Below are positions 9,161-18,549 of a stretch of 64,000 bases of DNA, in pieces. The translations under genes and the position numbers were made by a program. The number at the start of each line of letters is the position of its first letter. Position 1 is the stretch's first letter. Source of the stretch: Phormidium sp. (lineage in GTDB: Bacteria; Cyanobacteriota; Cyanobacteriia; Cyanobacteriales; Aerosakkonemataceae); assembly GCA_051013385.1 (NCBI GenBank), contig CP143273.1:1056001-1120000 (forward strand). Reading direction: 5' to 3'. The notes below the pieces were generated by a model. It did no database searches and was not told the origin of the DNA. It worked only from the letters and a program-made list of their open reading frames with translations.

Positions 9161-9817
9161 TTATACTTTCTCGCCTCGTGCTGCTTTTGCTCCCATATCA
9201 TCTGCTTCTTTTTCTAAGGCGGGGTCGGCATTGATGGGCAGACCTTTACTTTGTGAAGGTACTCTTACTCGTCCAGCGCGTTGTTGCACGACATGAGTTA
9301 GTTCGTGGCCTAATAGAGATTGCCCTGAAGGAGTATCGGGTTTGTATTGTCCGGGGGCAAAGTGAATGTTGGTTCCTTGGGTATAAGCTAAAGCACCAAT
9401 AGACTTGGCTTGAGTGCTGCCAGTATGGATTTTGACATCGCCAAAGCTAGTGCCAAACGATGTTTCCATTTTGGCTCGAATTGCGCTGGGGATGGAATTA
9501 CCAGAACTGGAGGAAGTAGGGGCTGGGGCTGGTTGGCGTTGAATGGAACTCTGCTCGGATTTCATTTGTTCGGGTTCTTCTTCTGCCTGTCGCTGAATGG
9601 GAAGATTTGCTCGTCCTGGGGCTGCTTTGGCTTGCAGTGCTGGCATTTGGGTTAAGTTGTGACCAAAGCGGGTAGCGCGACTTAGTTGGGTTTTTAGGTT
9701 GCCTGATGGTGGTGGTGGGGGATTGGCGGCTGTTGTTTTGCTTTGGACTGCAAATTCGGGGATTTCGACATTTGTTTGGGTTTGAGGTGATTTTTGTATG
9801 TGTTCTTGGGTACTCAT
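9161..9817 (-). CDS. DUF4157 (eCIS core) domain protein, candidate cargo or adaptor
   Basis: IRAKMETSFGTSFGDVKIH..GALAYTQGTNIHFAPGQY..LLGHELTHVVQQR..LEKEAD. Confidence 0.92.
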   Translation of the reverse strand: MSTQEHIQKSPQTQTNVEIPEFAVQSKTTAANPPPPPSGNLKTQLSRATRFGHNLTQMPALQAKAAPGRANLPIQRQAEEEPEQMKSEQSSIQRQPAPAPTSSSSGNSIPSAIRAKMETSFGTSFGDVKIHTGSTQAKSIGALAYTQGTNIHFAPGQYKPDTPSGQSLLGHELTHVVQQRAGRVRVPSQSKGLPINADPALEKEADDMGAKAARGEKV

Positions 9818-9828
9818 TGGTTGGTTCC

Positions 9829-10233
9829 TTATAGAGAAATAATCTGAATTTCCGTGACTCGGTGAATCGGTTTGGTTGGCTTTTCAGTGGTAATCAGTTG
9901 GTCTGCTTTAATTTGCAGGGCAGCTGCTACATGAATGGCATCCATCGCAGCTAAACCGTAAGTGGAGGCAATTTGTTGAGCTTTTTGGATAATTTGCTCC
10001 AAATCGGTTGCCCAGTGAATGACAGCATTAAAAAAGGTTTCATAAAATTCGATTTCGTCTTGTTGTTGGTTAAAAGTGGCTTTAGGCAAAATTTCTAATT
10101 GAACGAAGGGACTTGAGGCAAATTCCCGATTTTCATCGTTAAGAATCTGATTAGCCCTGATGCTGATTGGCTCAATGCCTTGAAAGGCAGCAATCAATAC
10201 ACCAGAGTCTAAATATGTCTTCTTACGACTCAC
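9829..10233 (-). CDS. PIN-domain (VapC-like) toxin
   Basis: TYLDSGVLI..LE..GLAAMDAIHVAAA..LITTE; 134 aa, overlapping the upstream small gene. Confidence 0.88.
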   Translation of the reverse strand: MSRKKTYLDSGVLIAAFQGIEPISIRANQILNDENREFASSPFVQLEILPKATFNQQQDEIEFYETFFNAVIHWATDLEQIIQKAQQIASTYGLAAMDAIHVAAALQIKADQLITTEKPTKPIHRVTEIQIISL

Positions 10234-10483
10234 TCAATCCACCTCGACGTGCAGCAAGTTCGAGTTCAATTTCGTCTTCGTTGAGCAGTTGCAAACCAGC
10301 AGATATGGCTCGTTGTCGGATTTCCCATAATTTTTTGGCTAAGGGGGTTTGTGGCACAAAATCAGTTTCGGAGGGTGTTGTTTCTGACTCAGATTTAAGG
10401 AGTTTCACAAATTCCAAAACTTTTTGTTGCTTTTCTGGTGCGAGTTCTCGCCAGTGTTCCAGTAGTTCTTCTTCTTTAGCCAT
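10223..10483 (-). CDS. Putative antitoxin
   Basis: 86 aa, LAPEKQQKVLEFVKLL..PQTPLAKKLWEIR..ELAARRGG; directly upstream of and overlapping the PIN gene. Confidence 0.75.
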   Translation of the reverse strand: MAKEEELLEHWRELAPEKQQKVLEFVKLLKSESETTPSETDFVPQTPLAKKLWEIRQRAISAGLQLLNEDEIELELAARRGGLSES

Positions 10484-10517
10484 AAAGACCTCACTATATG
10501 AAAGCTAATTTGTTAAC

Positions 10518-10704
10518 GGTGGGCACGCTCTAAACTAAAGTAGAGATTGCCAAAAAAATGTCGATTTGAATCAAAATCATTCATCGTAATGCCCACCCTA
10601 CTTCTCTCATTGGTTGGTTCCTTTTTGTATATAGATTTGTGGGGTGGGCATTGCCGAAAAATATCGAATTTAATCAAAATCATCCATACTAATGCCCAAC
10701 CTAC
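10518..10704. repeat. Two REP-like (GTAG-type) palindromic elements
   Basis: ggtgggca...aatgcccaccctac (10518-10601) and gtggggtgggcattgcc...aatgcccaacctac (10639-10704), with similar internal sequence (atcaaaatcat). Confidence 0.7.
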
Positions 10705-10752
10705 TACTGTTTAGCTCACAATAACTCTACATCTGTGTTCATCTGTGTACAT

Positions 10753-11811
10753 TTAGTCTATCTGCATTTCATTCTCTTCCTCCCCGTTTCTCCCTTCAAA
10801 TAATCGGTCTGTTAGCTCATCCATCTGCACTTTTATTGTCATTAACTCGTTAGTAAGTTCTTCCGCTTCATTTTCAGGCCAGTTCCTCGACTCAATCCCC
10901 GCTTGTAAGTTCATAAACGATCTTTTTATGCTTCCGATTCCGAATTCAACAAACGGATGATTTCTTCCCAGATTTCTTACTCCGTTTATCCCCGCTGCTG
11001 CATTTATCCCTCCTAACTCTGGTACTAAATTGTCCAGATCGTTATAGTACAATCTTGCATCCCTTAATGTGTAAAACCATCTGGGCTGAGGTTGGCGGTT
11101 GTTGTGGCCGAGCATCGTTTGACGCATCGATTCCCACGATATCTGATGATCTATATGCACCCCCTCTACATTTACTTGTACACCAGATGCCGTGCGGATA
11201 CTTATGATCCGATTCCCAGCATATTGGGGATTATACCTGGTTAACACCGCCTCTCTCGTACCAGGAAAATTTGCCGTCCTTTGCCTAAAATCTGGTTTTT
11301 GATGTGTATCATTAAAAATCTCATCTTGTCCCCGAGGATTATAATTACCAGTATTGGCTACTGGTCTTTCCCTTTCTCCTCCAATTGGTACCGCTCTTTG
11401 CAATACCTCATTTTCTTTCTTCTGGCTCAGTTCTATGTTATTCTCTTCTTTTGCTCTCTGATTTCTTGCTGGCTCACTCATATTCTGCGTATACTCTCCT
11501 TTTTTCTGAATGTCCCCCTTTCTTGTAAATCCTGAATCTTTTTTATTTGGTGGTAGTTGCCCTTCCTTCTCCTCTTGCTGAAACGAGTTCTGCACTGCAA
11601 AGTTATCAATTCCAGCTATTTTACTGACGTGATGCCCATATCTCTCAGCCTGCATCAAAGAAGTCTTCAACCCCGACTTCTTACCCTCTTCCCCCTCTTT
11701 CGACTGCACCACAAAAGGACGCGACTCAAACATCCCCCCATCAGAAACCGAGGAAAACTCCGAAGTTCTTTTACTGGGACTTTCCATTCTGCTAACAACT
11801 TGCTTTTCCAT
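10753..11811 (-). CDS. Putative eCIS effector with C-terminal HNH/EndoVII (GH-E-like) nuclease domain; likely start 11811 or 11817 rather than 11871
   Basis: Disordered charged N-terminus, VLQRA linker, then VHIDHQISW..LYYNDLDNLVPELGGINAAAG; directly downstream of the Afp15 ATPase. Confidence 0.62.
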   Translation of the reverse strand: MEKQVVSRMESPSKRTSEFSSVSDGGMFESRPFVVQSKEGEEGKKSGLKTSLMQAERYGHHVSKIAGIDNFAVQNSFQQEEKEGQLPPNKKDSGFTRKGDIQKKGEYTQNMSEPARNQRAKEENNIELSQKKENEVLQRAVPIGGERERPVANTGNYNPRGQDEIFNDTHQKPDFRQRTANFPGTREAVLTRYNPQYAGNRIISIRTASGVQVNVEGVHIDHQISWESMRQTMLGHNNRQPQPRWFYTLRDARLYYNDLDNLVPELGGINAAAGINGVRNLGRNHPFVEFGIGSIKRSFMNLQAGIESRNWPENEAEELTNELMTIKVQMDELTDRLFEGRNGEEENEMQID

Positions 11812-11861
11812 AACCATAACTTCATCAAAAGTAAAACCAACAAAACCATCTGCCAACAACC

Positions 11862-13868
11862 TTAAACCCAACCCCTAACTTCAGCATCCGTAAGCGGACG
11901 TTCTAATTTGACATACTCATTCTTAGTCGCCTGCAATAAATGCTGCATCGTCACCACATCCCCCGCATCCGATGCCAAAAACGCCGCATTCAAAGCAATA
12001 TTGCGGATATTCCCCCCCGCTACATTCAACTGCGCCAATTTTTCCGGGTCTAAACCTGCCGTCGGTGTGGCTTTGGGAAACACTCTGCGCCAAATTTCCG
12101 CCCGTTGATTCGCATCGGGAAAGGGAAACTGGACAATAAACCGCAGGCGGCGCAAAAAAGCCTGATCCAAAGCACCTTTAATATTAGTAGTCAACACCGA
12201 CAACCCCCGGTAAGCTTCCATCCGTTGCAACAGATAACTCACCTCCACATTAGAATGACGGTCATGGGAATCTTTCACCTCAGTGCGTTTGCCAAACAAA
12301 GCATCCGCCTCATCAAACAGCAAAATCACCCCGCCCAACTCCGCCGCATCAAACACCCGCCGCAGATTCTTTTCCGTCTCCCCAATATACTTACTAATTA
12401 CCGCACTCAAATCGATGCGGTACAAATCCAACCGCAACTCTCGCGCCAACACCTCCGCCGCCATCGTTTTCCCCGTCCCGCTACCCCCAGCAAACAAAGC
12501 GCTGATACCCAATCCCCGGTTACTACTCCCCCCAAAACCCCAGCGTCCGTAAACATTCGCCCGTTGCTTCACATGGGCTGCAATATCTCTGACGATTTGC
12601 AACTGCGCCTCTGGCAATACCAAATCATCCCATCCCGCAATACAATCGATGCGTTGTGCCAAATCATCCAACTTGGGACGGGCTTGGGCGCGACAAGTAT
12701 CCCAAATTAACACACTAAAATCTAGTAAACGTTCAGATACTTCCGCCTGTTGCCATTGAATCCGGGCTTGGGAACAAGCCGCTTCAATTACCGGAACGCT
12801 GAGGTTAAAATTAGAAACCAAAGCATCCACTTGACCGTTTAAAGATGCCGCCACCGTTCCCAAAGCCGTTTCCCAAACTTGGTGTTGTTCCTGGGTAGTG
12901 GGACGTTCAATCTCAAAAGCTAACGAAGGTCTAAGTCGCGCCCGTCTGCGGTCAGTAGTAGCAATCATAATCGGAGAACCTATCGATTCGCACAAATGGG
13001 TAATCGCCGCATCCCTGGCAGTATCCCCCGCTTCCAAATCATCGCACTCAATTAATAAAGCACATCTACCCAAAGCAACTTCCCGCTCCCAAATTAGCTT
13101 AAACTGATTCAACTCGCTGGGATTAGTTGGGACATAGTGGGCAGCAATAGCATACAAATTTAACTCCGAAATTTGACAGACCACAAAAGCTATTGGTCGT
13201 TTGCTAGCCACCTCCCCACCGCATAATTGCAAAATGGGCAACTCAAAATCATCATTAATTTCTTCTGACCAAGCAGCCACCATTTTGTGTACTATCTGCC
13301 AATGAGATGATACCAAATCATTGATGCCGAACACAGGTTCAACCATTCCCAACAAACGATTATCTAAATGTTGTACCCCCATAAGATAATGCAGTATCCG
13401 CTCATCAATCCGCAAAGGGCTAGTCATCAAACCACCCCCCGACCCCACTTCAATTAACCGCCATTGGCGAAGCGCTTTTGCCGGAGTAAAAGCACTCCAA
13501 TGTACGCCTTCTAAAACTGCTGCTGCTAAACCAAATGTTGGATATTTGCGCTGTTCATCTCCACTGGCAAGGGCACAAAGCAAAGGAAAACTCGCATCTA
13601 ATTCTACTCCCGCGCATAACAAGAGTATATCTCGTTCAAAGTCGCTGAGATTAAAGATAGTGCAGATGCGTTCTAAAGCTGAAGTTTGGCTGGAAGAAAT
13701 CGGGTTTTCTGGGAGACTTTCACTAAATTGTTCTTCGCTAAATTCAATCCCTTCACTTTCTAGTAATTTTGGGTCAGCGTGTTCTATTAATCGCTGACGA
13801 ACTTTCGCCAATGCCGTAATCAGATAATTATGATTTGTAATTTGCCAGTTATCGTTTGTTGTAATCAT
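11862..13868 (-). CDS. eCIS AAA+ ATPase (Afp15/Pvc15-like)
   Basis: FNLSDFERDILLLCAG winged-helix N-terminus; Walker A GGSGTGKT, VISKYIGETEKNL, Walker B LLFDEAD, DQAFLRR. Confidence 0.93.
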   Translation of the reverse strand: MITTNDNWQITNHNYLITALAKVRQRLIEHADPKLLESEGIEFSEEQFSESLPENPISSSQTSALERICTIFNLSDFERDILLLCAGVELDASFPLLCALASGDEQRKYPTFGLAAAVLEGVHWSAFTPAKALRQWRLIEVGSGGGLMTSPLRIDERILHYLMGVQHLDNRLLGMVEPVFGINDLVSSHWQIVHKMVAAWSEEINDDFELPILQLCGGEVASKRPIAFVVCQISELNLYAIAAHYVPTNPSELNQFKLIWEREVALGRCALLIECDDLEAGDTARDAAITHLCESIGSPIMIATTDRRRARLRPSLAFEIERPTTQEQHQVWETALGTVAASLNGQVDALVSNFNLSVPVIEAACSQARIQWQQAEVSERLLDFSVLIWDTCRAQARPKLDDLAQRIDCIAGWDDLVLPEAQLQIVRDIAAHVKQRANVYGRWGFGGSSNRGLGISALFAGGSGTGKTMAAEVLARELRLDLYRIDLSAVISKYIGETEKNLRRVFDAAELGGVILLFDEADALFGKRTEVKDSHDRHSNVEVSYLLQRMEAYRGLSVLTTNIKGALDQAFLRRLRFIVQFPFPDANQRAEIWRRVFPKATPTAGLDPEKLAQLNVAGGNIRNIALNAAFLASDAGDVVTMQHLLQATKNEYVKLERPLTDAEVRGWV

Positions 13869-13943
13869 ATTTTTTATCCTTGATAATTTATGTTGTTTTA
13901 TATAACCAAAAATTTGAATAAACCATTTGCATTTATCTGCGTT

Positions 13944-15203
13944 CTAAATCGTAATTCTAGGGCTGACATACCAACCAAAAGTAGAATTACTAGAATCATT
14001 ATCATAAATCAACAAACTTTCAGCCTCATCCACCTGCACCCGCACCAAATATTCTCCAGCTTTCACCTTTTGTACAGGAATAGTTATTTCCATTACTTGT
14101 TCCTTCCGAATTGTAGTTTTAAATATGTAAGCGACTGGCTTTTGTATTGACCATTCATTTAGGATTAAAACCACAATTTGTCCCTTATAAACTGCCAAAT
14201 CTAATACCAGTTTTACATCCGCCGAACGAGTACCATTTCCCGCAACTCGCATATTAGAAACTTCCACCGATTTTATCGTTGGACGCAATACAAAAGTACC
14301 CAAATTTGACTCTATACCTTTATAAGGGCCAACTAGGTGCAATCTTGCTCCCGGATGTACTATCTGTAAACTTTGAATACCAAAACGTAACGCTTTTGGC
14401 GGTACTAACGATAAAGGAAAAATAATTTCAGTATCATTAGTTGGTTGAACTTCTATTTCCGCTCCCCTAATGCGTACAAAAGTAGGAGAATTGGACAAAT
14501 TACGACCAATAATTACTAAAGTACTACTAGCAACTATTGGTTCTAATTTACCTGATTGCGCGACGATGCGATCGATAAATATTTGACTAAAGGGCATTAC
14601 TAAAGAACTGCGATCGCGCACAGGTAAAGCTCTAGTTCCTGATTCTTCGCCCTCAATTAAAACTACACTACCTTTATAACCCGCAGAAAGAGCATAAGGT
14701 GTTTGGAAAAATACTGACCAAATTTTAGACATATCTTCTAAAGTAATATCTGTAGGTGTAATGCGAATAGGCTCGATTTGCTCTGCCAAATCTGCTCCAG
14801 ATAAAACATCCGATGTTCGATCGGCTAAAGTATCTCTAATCATATCGGGAGTAATAGTAAACCCATCTTGTAAAGTGCGAATTACACAACCCAACATTCG
14901 TTGCGGCTCAAACTCATTTTCTTTACCATAAAAACTAAACATATACCTCAAATCTAAAGCAGCTTGACTACGCTTTATTAATTCGCCTTTTGGTCGTCTT
15001 AAAGAAGTATGATTATTGCCATAAGCTATATTTGGTTGCACCATATATAGGTAAATGTTCAAGCAAGCTTCAGTAAATCCGCCCTCTCTTGTGTGAGGTG
15101 GATTAGTCGTTACCCTAGCCCCATAAACCTCCTCTTGGATAACCATTTGCAGTATCCTTTGTAGAGTTGCTGTTACAGATGCAATAGCCAAATAGTTACT
15201 CAT
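13944..15203 (-). CDS. Pvc16/DUF4255 cap protein with C-terminal Ig-like extension
   Basis: MSNYLAIASVTATL..LNIYLYMVQPN..LDLRYMFSFYG..QRMLG..MSKIWSVFFQTPYALSAGY. Confidence 0.88.
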   Translation of the reverse strand: MSNYLAIASVTATLQRILQMVIQEEVYGARVTTNPPHTREGGFTEACLNIYLYMVQPNIAYGNNHTSLRRPKGELIKRSQAALDLRYMFSFYGKENEFEPQRMLGCVIRTLQDGFTITPDMIRDTLADRTSDVLSGADLAEQIEPIRITPTDITLEDMSKIWSVFFQTPYALSAGYKGSVVLIEGEESGTRALPVRDRSSLVMPFSQIFIDRIVAQSGKLEPIVASSTLVIIGRNLSNSPTFVRIRGAEIEVQPTNDTEIIFPLSLVPPKALRFGIQSLQIVHPGARLHLVGPYKGIESNLGTFVLRPTIKSVEVSNMRVAGNGTRSADVKLVLDLAVYKGQIVVLILNEWSIQKPVAYIFKTTIRKEQVMEITIPVQKVKAGEYLVRVQVDEAESLLIYDNDSSNSTFGWYVSPRITI

Positions 15204-15206
15204 GGC

Positions 15207-16229
15207 TTACCTATAAACAATATCAAGATCGTAAGTACAAAAAGCAGGTTTTTCTCGATCAATTATATCCCTAACTATTTGTTCATCTATTTCTTTATCT
15301 GGGTCAGGTCGCAAACAAACAATAAAGTGAAATGGACGACCGCCTCCTAACATAGAATCAACCCCAATTGTGGTTGTTCCTAAAAGGAAACCCCCCGAAA
15401 ATATTTCTTCTATACCAATATGCTTCTGTACTTCTGGTAAATCTTCATCTAAAGGTAATCCTGTATAAAGATGCAGGTAAAATCGCAGCCCAAAGCGCGT
15501 TCCATGCCAACGATAAAGTTCGATCGCATTGCGAATTAAACGCCGCTGTTGCTGCATATTCCAATGAGGATCGATCGGCCAAGCAACCCACTGAGCAAGG
15601 AAAGGAAGCATGGCTTCAGGAGCAGTTAAAGGATCTAAATAAGACCATAAAACTTCTTCAATTTGAACCACCGGATCAAAAGCTTGCTCAAAAATACCAA
15701 CAAAGCGCCCAATAAAGTCTACTTCTTTATAAATATTTGGCAGGAAATTTAAGTAAGAAGTGTTAGGGCGAACGCAGAGGTTAAATACTCGGTAGGCAAT
15801 TAATTGCCTTTGATTATTAGTTTCTGCGTAAATCGAAACTTGGGCTTCGTAATTTAATTTAAGGCGCGATCTTCTTTGGTTTAGAACAAATTGATTTTCA
15901 AAAAAATCTGTGGGAACTTCAAAATATAAAGATTCATCTAACTTAGAAAAAGCCGGAATTTCTGCGGCAGTTTCTTGATACCAATCACACCAATTTATCG
16001 GAAAGTCCCCGGTGATTTCTAAGCGCCATGTTATAGAGCGATCGCTTAAGTTTTCTAACTCTATTAACATTTCACTTGTCTCTCCGGGAAGGAGAAGTAA
16101 GTTATTGGTAATCAGTTCTTCTTGGTTGTTTCCGGCAAAACTGGCGATCGCAGATGAATCGCTTGCTTCCATGAGGTTCATGGAGGAAAGTTTAATGTTT
16201 ACAGTGGGAAGGTAGTGGGTTTGAGTCAT
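15207..16229 (-). CDS. Baseplate wedge protein (P2 gpI-like/Afp12-like) with N-terminal extension
   Basis: YLNFLPNIY..FIGRFVGIFE..LDPLTAPEAMLPFLAQWV..RRLIRNAIELYRWHGT..EKPAFC. Confidence 0.88.
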   Translation of the reverse strand: MTQTHYLPTVNIKLSSMNLMEASDSSAIASFAGNNQEELITNNLLLLPGETSEMLIELENLSDRSITWRLEITGDFPINWCDWYQETAAEIPAFSKLDESLYFEVPTDFFENQFVLNQRRSRLKLNYEAQVSIYAETNNQRQLIAYRVFNLCVRPNTSYLNFLPNIYKEVDFIGRFVGIFEQAFDPVVQIEEVLWSYLDPLTAPEAMLPFLAQWVAWPIDPHWNMQQQRRLIRNAIELYRWHGTRFGLRFYLHLYTGLPLDEDLPEVQKHIGIEEIFSGGFLLGTTTIGVDSMLGGGRPFHFIVCLRPDPDKEIDEQIVRDIIDREKPAFCTYDLDIVYR

Positions 16230-16312
16230 GAAGTTTAAGATTTTTTGACTGCTACAGACGCAGAGGGTACAGAGAGGAGAAATGGAGGAATTTAGGGAGT
16301 TGAGTAATTATT

Positions 16313-18547
16313 TTATTCATAAAATTCTATTGTGTGACCCGATCGTACTTGGCTATTTTCTTCATCAGCCCAAGATGAAATTAAGCCTAATGAACCGGGA
16401 TAAATCATACTTTGGGGTGTTTCTTCACGAAACCATTCAGAGCCATATTTTAGTAATTCAAATATTTCCACAATTCCTAAATAACGAACTCCAGGGATTT
16501 TTTGGCACAATGCGACAATATCAGAAGGATATACAGGACGACCTAAAGGCCAACCATTTCCTTCGATACCACCAGTGAGAGGATTTAGGAATTGGTATAA
16601 AGCAATTAATAGTTGAAGGCGAATCTGTTCTTGAGCACGAATGTTGTTATATTTTGGCTCAATAATTACTTCCGTTCTCACACTTACGCCGATGTATTGT
16701 GGTTCATACAATTTAACTTCTACTCCCAAAGGTTTGCGGTCTTTCATGTAATCTAGAATTTGCCTTTCTAGTTGGGAATCAAGAACAAAAACGCGATCGG
16801 GATTCATCCCTTTAGATAAATCTAATCGATCGGCTTCAGGTACAATTAATAATTGAACTAACCCAGGTGTAGCTTTTGCTGGATCTGTAATACAATGTAC
16901 TCTGGCAACAGTTCTAGAAGCTTGTTTAGCTACATTCTCAAAATCTTCTGGAGTAACAGCAGACTTGCGAGTTCTTAACAGTTGAGGAACTCGAATTACA
17001 GCTTGTTCTAAAGATTCTGCATCAGTTCCACCAGTAGCAGGTTTATAGTTGGTGACACTTTTTACATAAGGAATAGAGGTTTTGGGAATAATTAGTTTTT
17101 CTGCTTGCACATTACCGCGCAGTCCTCCTCCCGTGCGATAAGCAACCATATAAATTTCTGCACCAGGAGGGGGAACTTTGCCATATTGTCGTTCTAATGC
17201 GATCGCACCATCAACCATACTAGGTTGGATCATCGCTAAATTTCGCACCTCTCTAGCATCGCGCCGAACAATAGTTGCACTGGGCTGAATTAGCGATCGC
17301 TGTTGTGTCCTAACTTGAAGTTGCGAAGGTTCTCGAATTAACGGGCCAAACTGAATTATTCCCGTTTGCGAATCAATGGTATAGTGAGGGTCATTTGGGC
17401 CAGAATCCGCAAAATCAGGAACTTCTAACCATCGTTCCGGTTCGCCGTTAATCGGTATGACTTCAATATACTCATCTTCTTTGCGTTGTAAAACAGGTTT
17501 TCCCTGCAACTCAAAAGATTGTCCTGGTTTTCCGTCGCTGACTCCCACCAATTCCTCTTCATTGCGAATACATTCGCTAGCATTAACTGAACCACCAATG
17601 GAATACACAGCTAAACCAACAATACTCGGTGAAGTGCTGTAACTCGGCTGTAATTCTTGGGGATGGGTGTAAACACACCGTATCCAACGACCTTGGTAAT
17701 CAGTGCCAAAATCTGCGATCGGCCATTGCTGCGGTAAATGTAAGACAACATCGGCTCCATCTACCACAGGATTTGCGGCTTCCTCTCCGAGTCTGTCAAA
17801 ACTAAAACCTTTGGTCCGATCATCTTCTGGAACCCTTAAAATAGTTGATTGCCAATTAATTCCATTCCAAACTTCCCACCTCAATGGAGGATTATCGGGA
17901 TCAATACCAGTAGTTCTAGCAGCTTCACCTCTAAAATTAAGGGCAATCACATTTCCTTCAATTGGATTAGCTGGATCTTCTTCAGTTAATACAATATAAA
18001 AACAATTATCGGGACTAGATTGCTCGAAAAGCAGCGTTTCTTCTAAGTTTTGCCAATTATTATTTAGGGGAGAGCGATCGGTTAAATTCTGCGGTTTATT
18101 TTCTGGGATTAATGCAGTCAGAAAGTGTTTAATTTGAGGATTGCCAATTATTAATTCTCGGTCTGTACTAAAGATAATTGCTTCTTGAGTTTCCGTTCGT
18201 AAAGTAGCAACTTCGATCGCATAAGGAATAACTATTGGCTCAGGTTGATATCTAGTTAAATAAAATGTCAACTCACACCAAGCTGGTGCAGGAGGTTGTA
18301 AGCGAATTCCCAATAACTCTAGAAACGCCACATAATTTCGTCGCGGAACTTGGTTAAATCGCATTAACATTTGGTCGGTTAACCAAGCAAACAATTCAAT
18401 TAGAGTTATTCCCGGATCGCCTGGATTATGATTTGTCCATTCTGGACAATAGCGAGGGATACGGAGAATACATTCTTCCACTAAATCGCTAAAAGTGCGA
18501 TCGTCAAGATTTGATTTAGGTAAATTAGGTAAAAAATCAAATTCCAT
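16313..18547 (-). CDS. Baseplate J-like protein (Afp11-like)
   Basis: LDDRTFSDLVEE..PEWTNHNPGDPGITLIELFAW..YRTGGGLRGNV..GGTDAES..AVTPEDFE..GWPLGR. Confidence 0.93.
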   Translation of the reverse strand: MEFDFLPNLPKSNLDDRTFSDLVEECILRIPRYCPEWTNHNPGDPGITLIELFAWLTDQMLMRFNQVPRRNYVAFLELLGIRLQPPAPAWCELTFYLTRYQPEPIVIPYAIEVATLRTETQEAIIFSTDRELIIGNPQIKHFLTALIPENKPQNLTDRSPLNNNWQNLEETLLFEQSSPDNCFYIVLTEEDPANPIEGNVIALNFRGEAARTTGIDPDNPPLRWEVWNGINWQSTILRVPEDDRTKGFSFDRLGEEAANPVVDGADVVLHLPQQWPIADFGTDYQGRWIRCVYTHPQELQPSYSTSPSIVGLAVYSIGGSVNASECIRNEEELVGVSDGKPGQSFELQGKPVLQRKEDEYIEVIPINGEPERWLEVPDFADSGPNDPHYTIDSQTGIIQFGPLIREPSQLQVRTQQRSLIQPSATIVRRDAREVRNLAMIQPSMVDGAIALERQYGKVPPPGAEIYMVAYRTGGGLRGNVQAEKLIIPKTSIPYVKSVTNYKPATGGTDAESLEQAVIRVPQLLRTRKSAVTPEDFENVAKQASRTVARVHCITDPAKATPGLVQLLIVPEADRLDLSKGMNPDRVFVLDSQLERQILDYMKDRKPLGVEVKLYEPQYIGVSVRTEVIIEPKYNNIRAQEQIRLQLLIALYQFLNPLTGGIEGNGWPLGRPVYPSDIVALCQKIPGVRYLGIVEIFELLKYGSEWFREETPQSMIYPGSLGLISSWADEENSQVRSGHTIEFYE

Positions 18548-18549
18548 AA

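Larger units (their letters stand above)
9813..10623. repeat. 18-bp direct repeats (9813-9830, 10606-10623) bounding the TA module
   Basis: ctcattggttggttcctt is identical at both positions; on the minus strand it is the RBS plus ATG of the DUF4157 gene. Confidence 0.85.

Noticed and set aside
9055..14609. HIP1-free stretch as evidence of foreign origin
   Set aside because: A similarly long stretch without perfect HIP1 (about 17300-23020) occurs in core structural genes, so it is not discriminating by eye.
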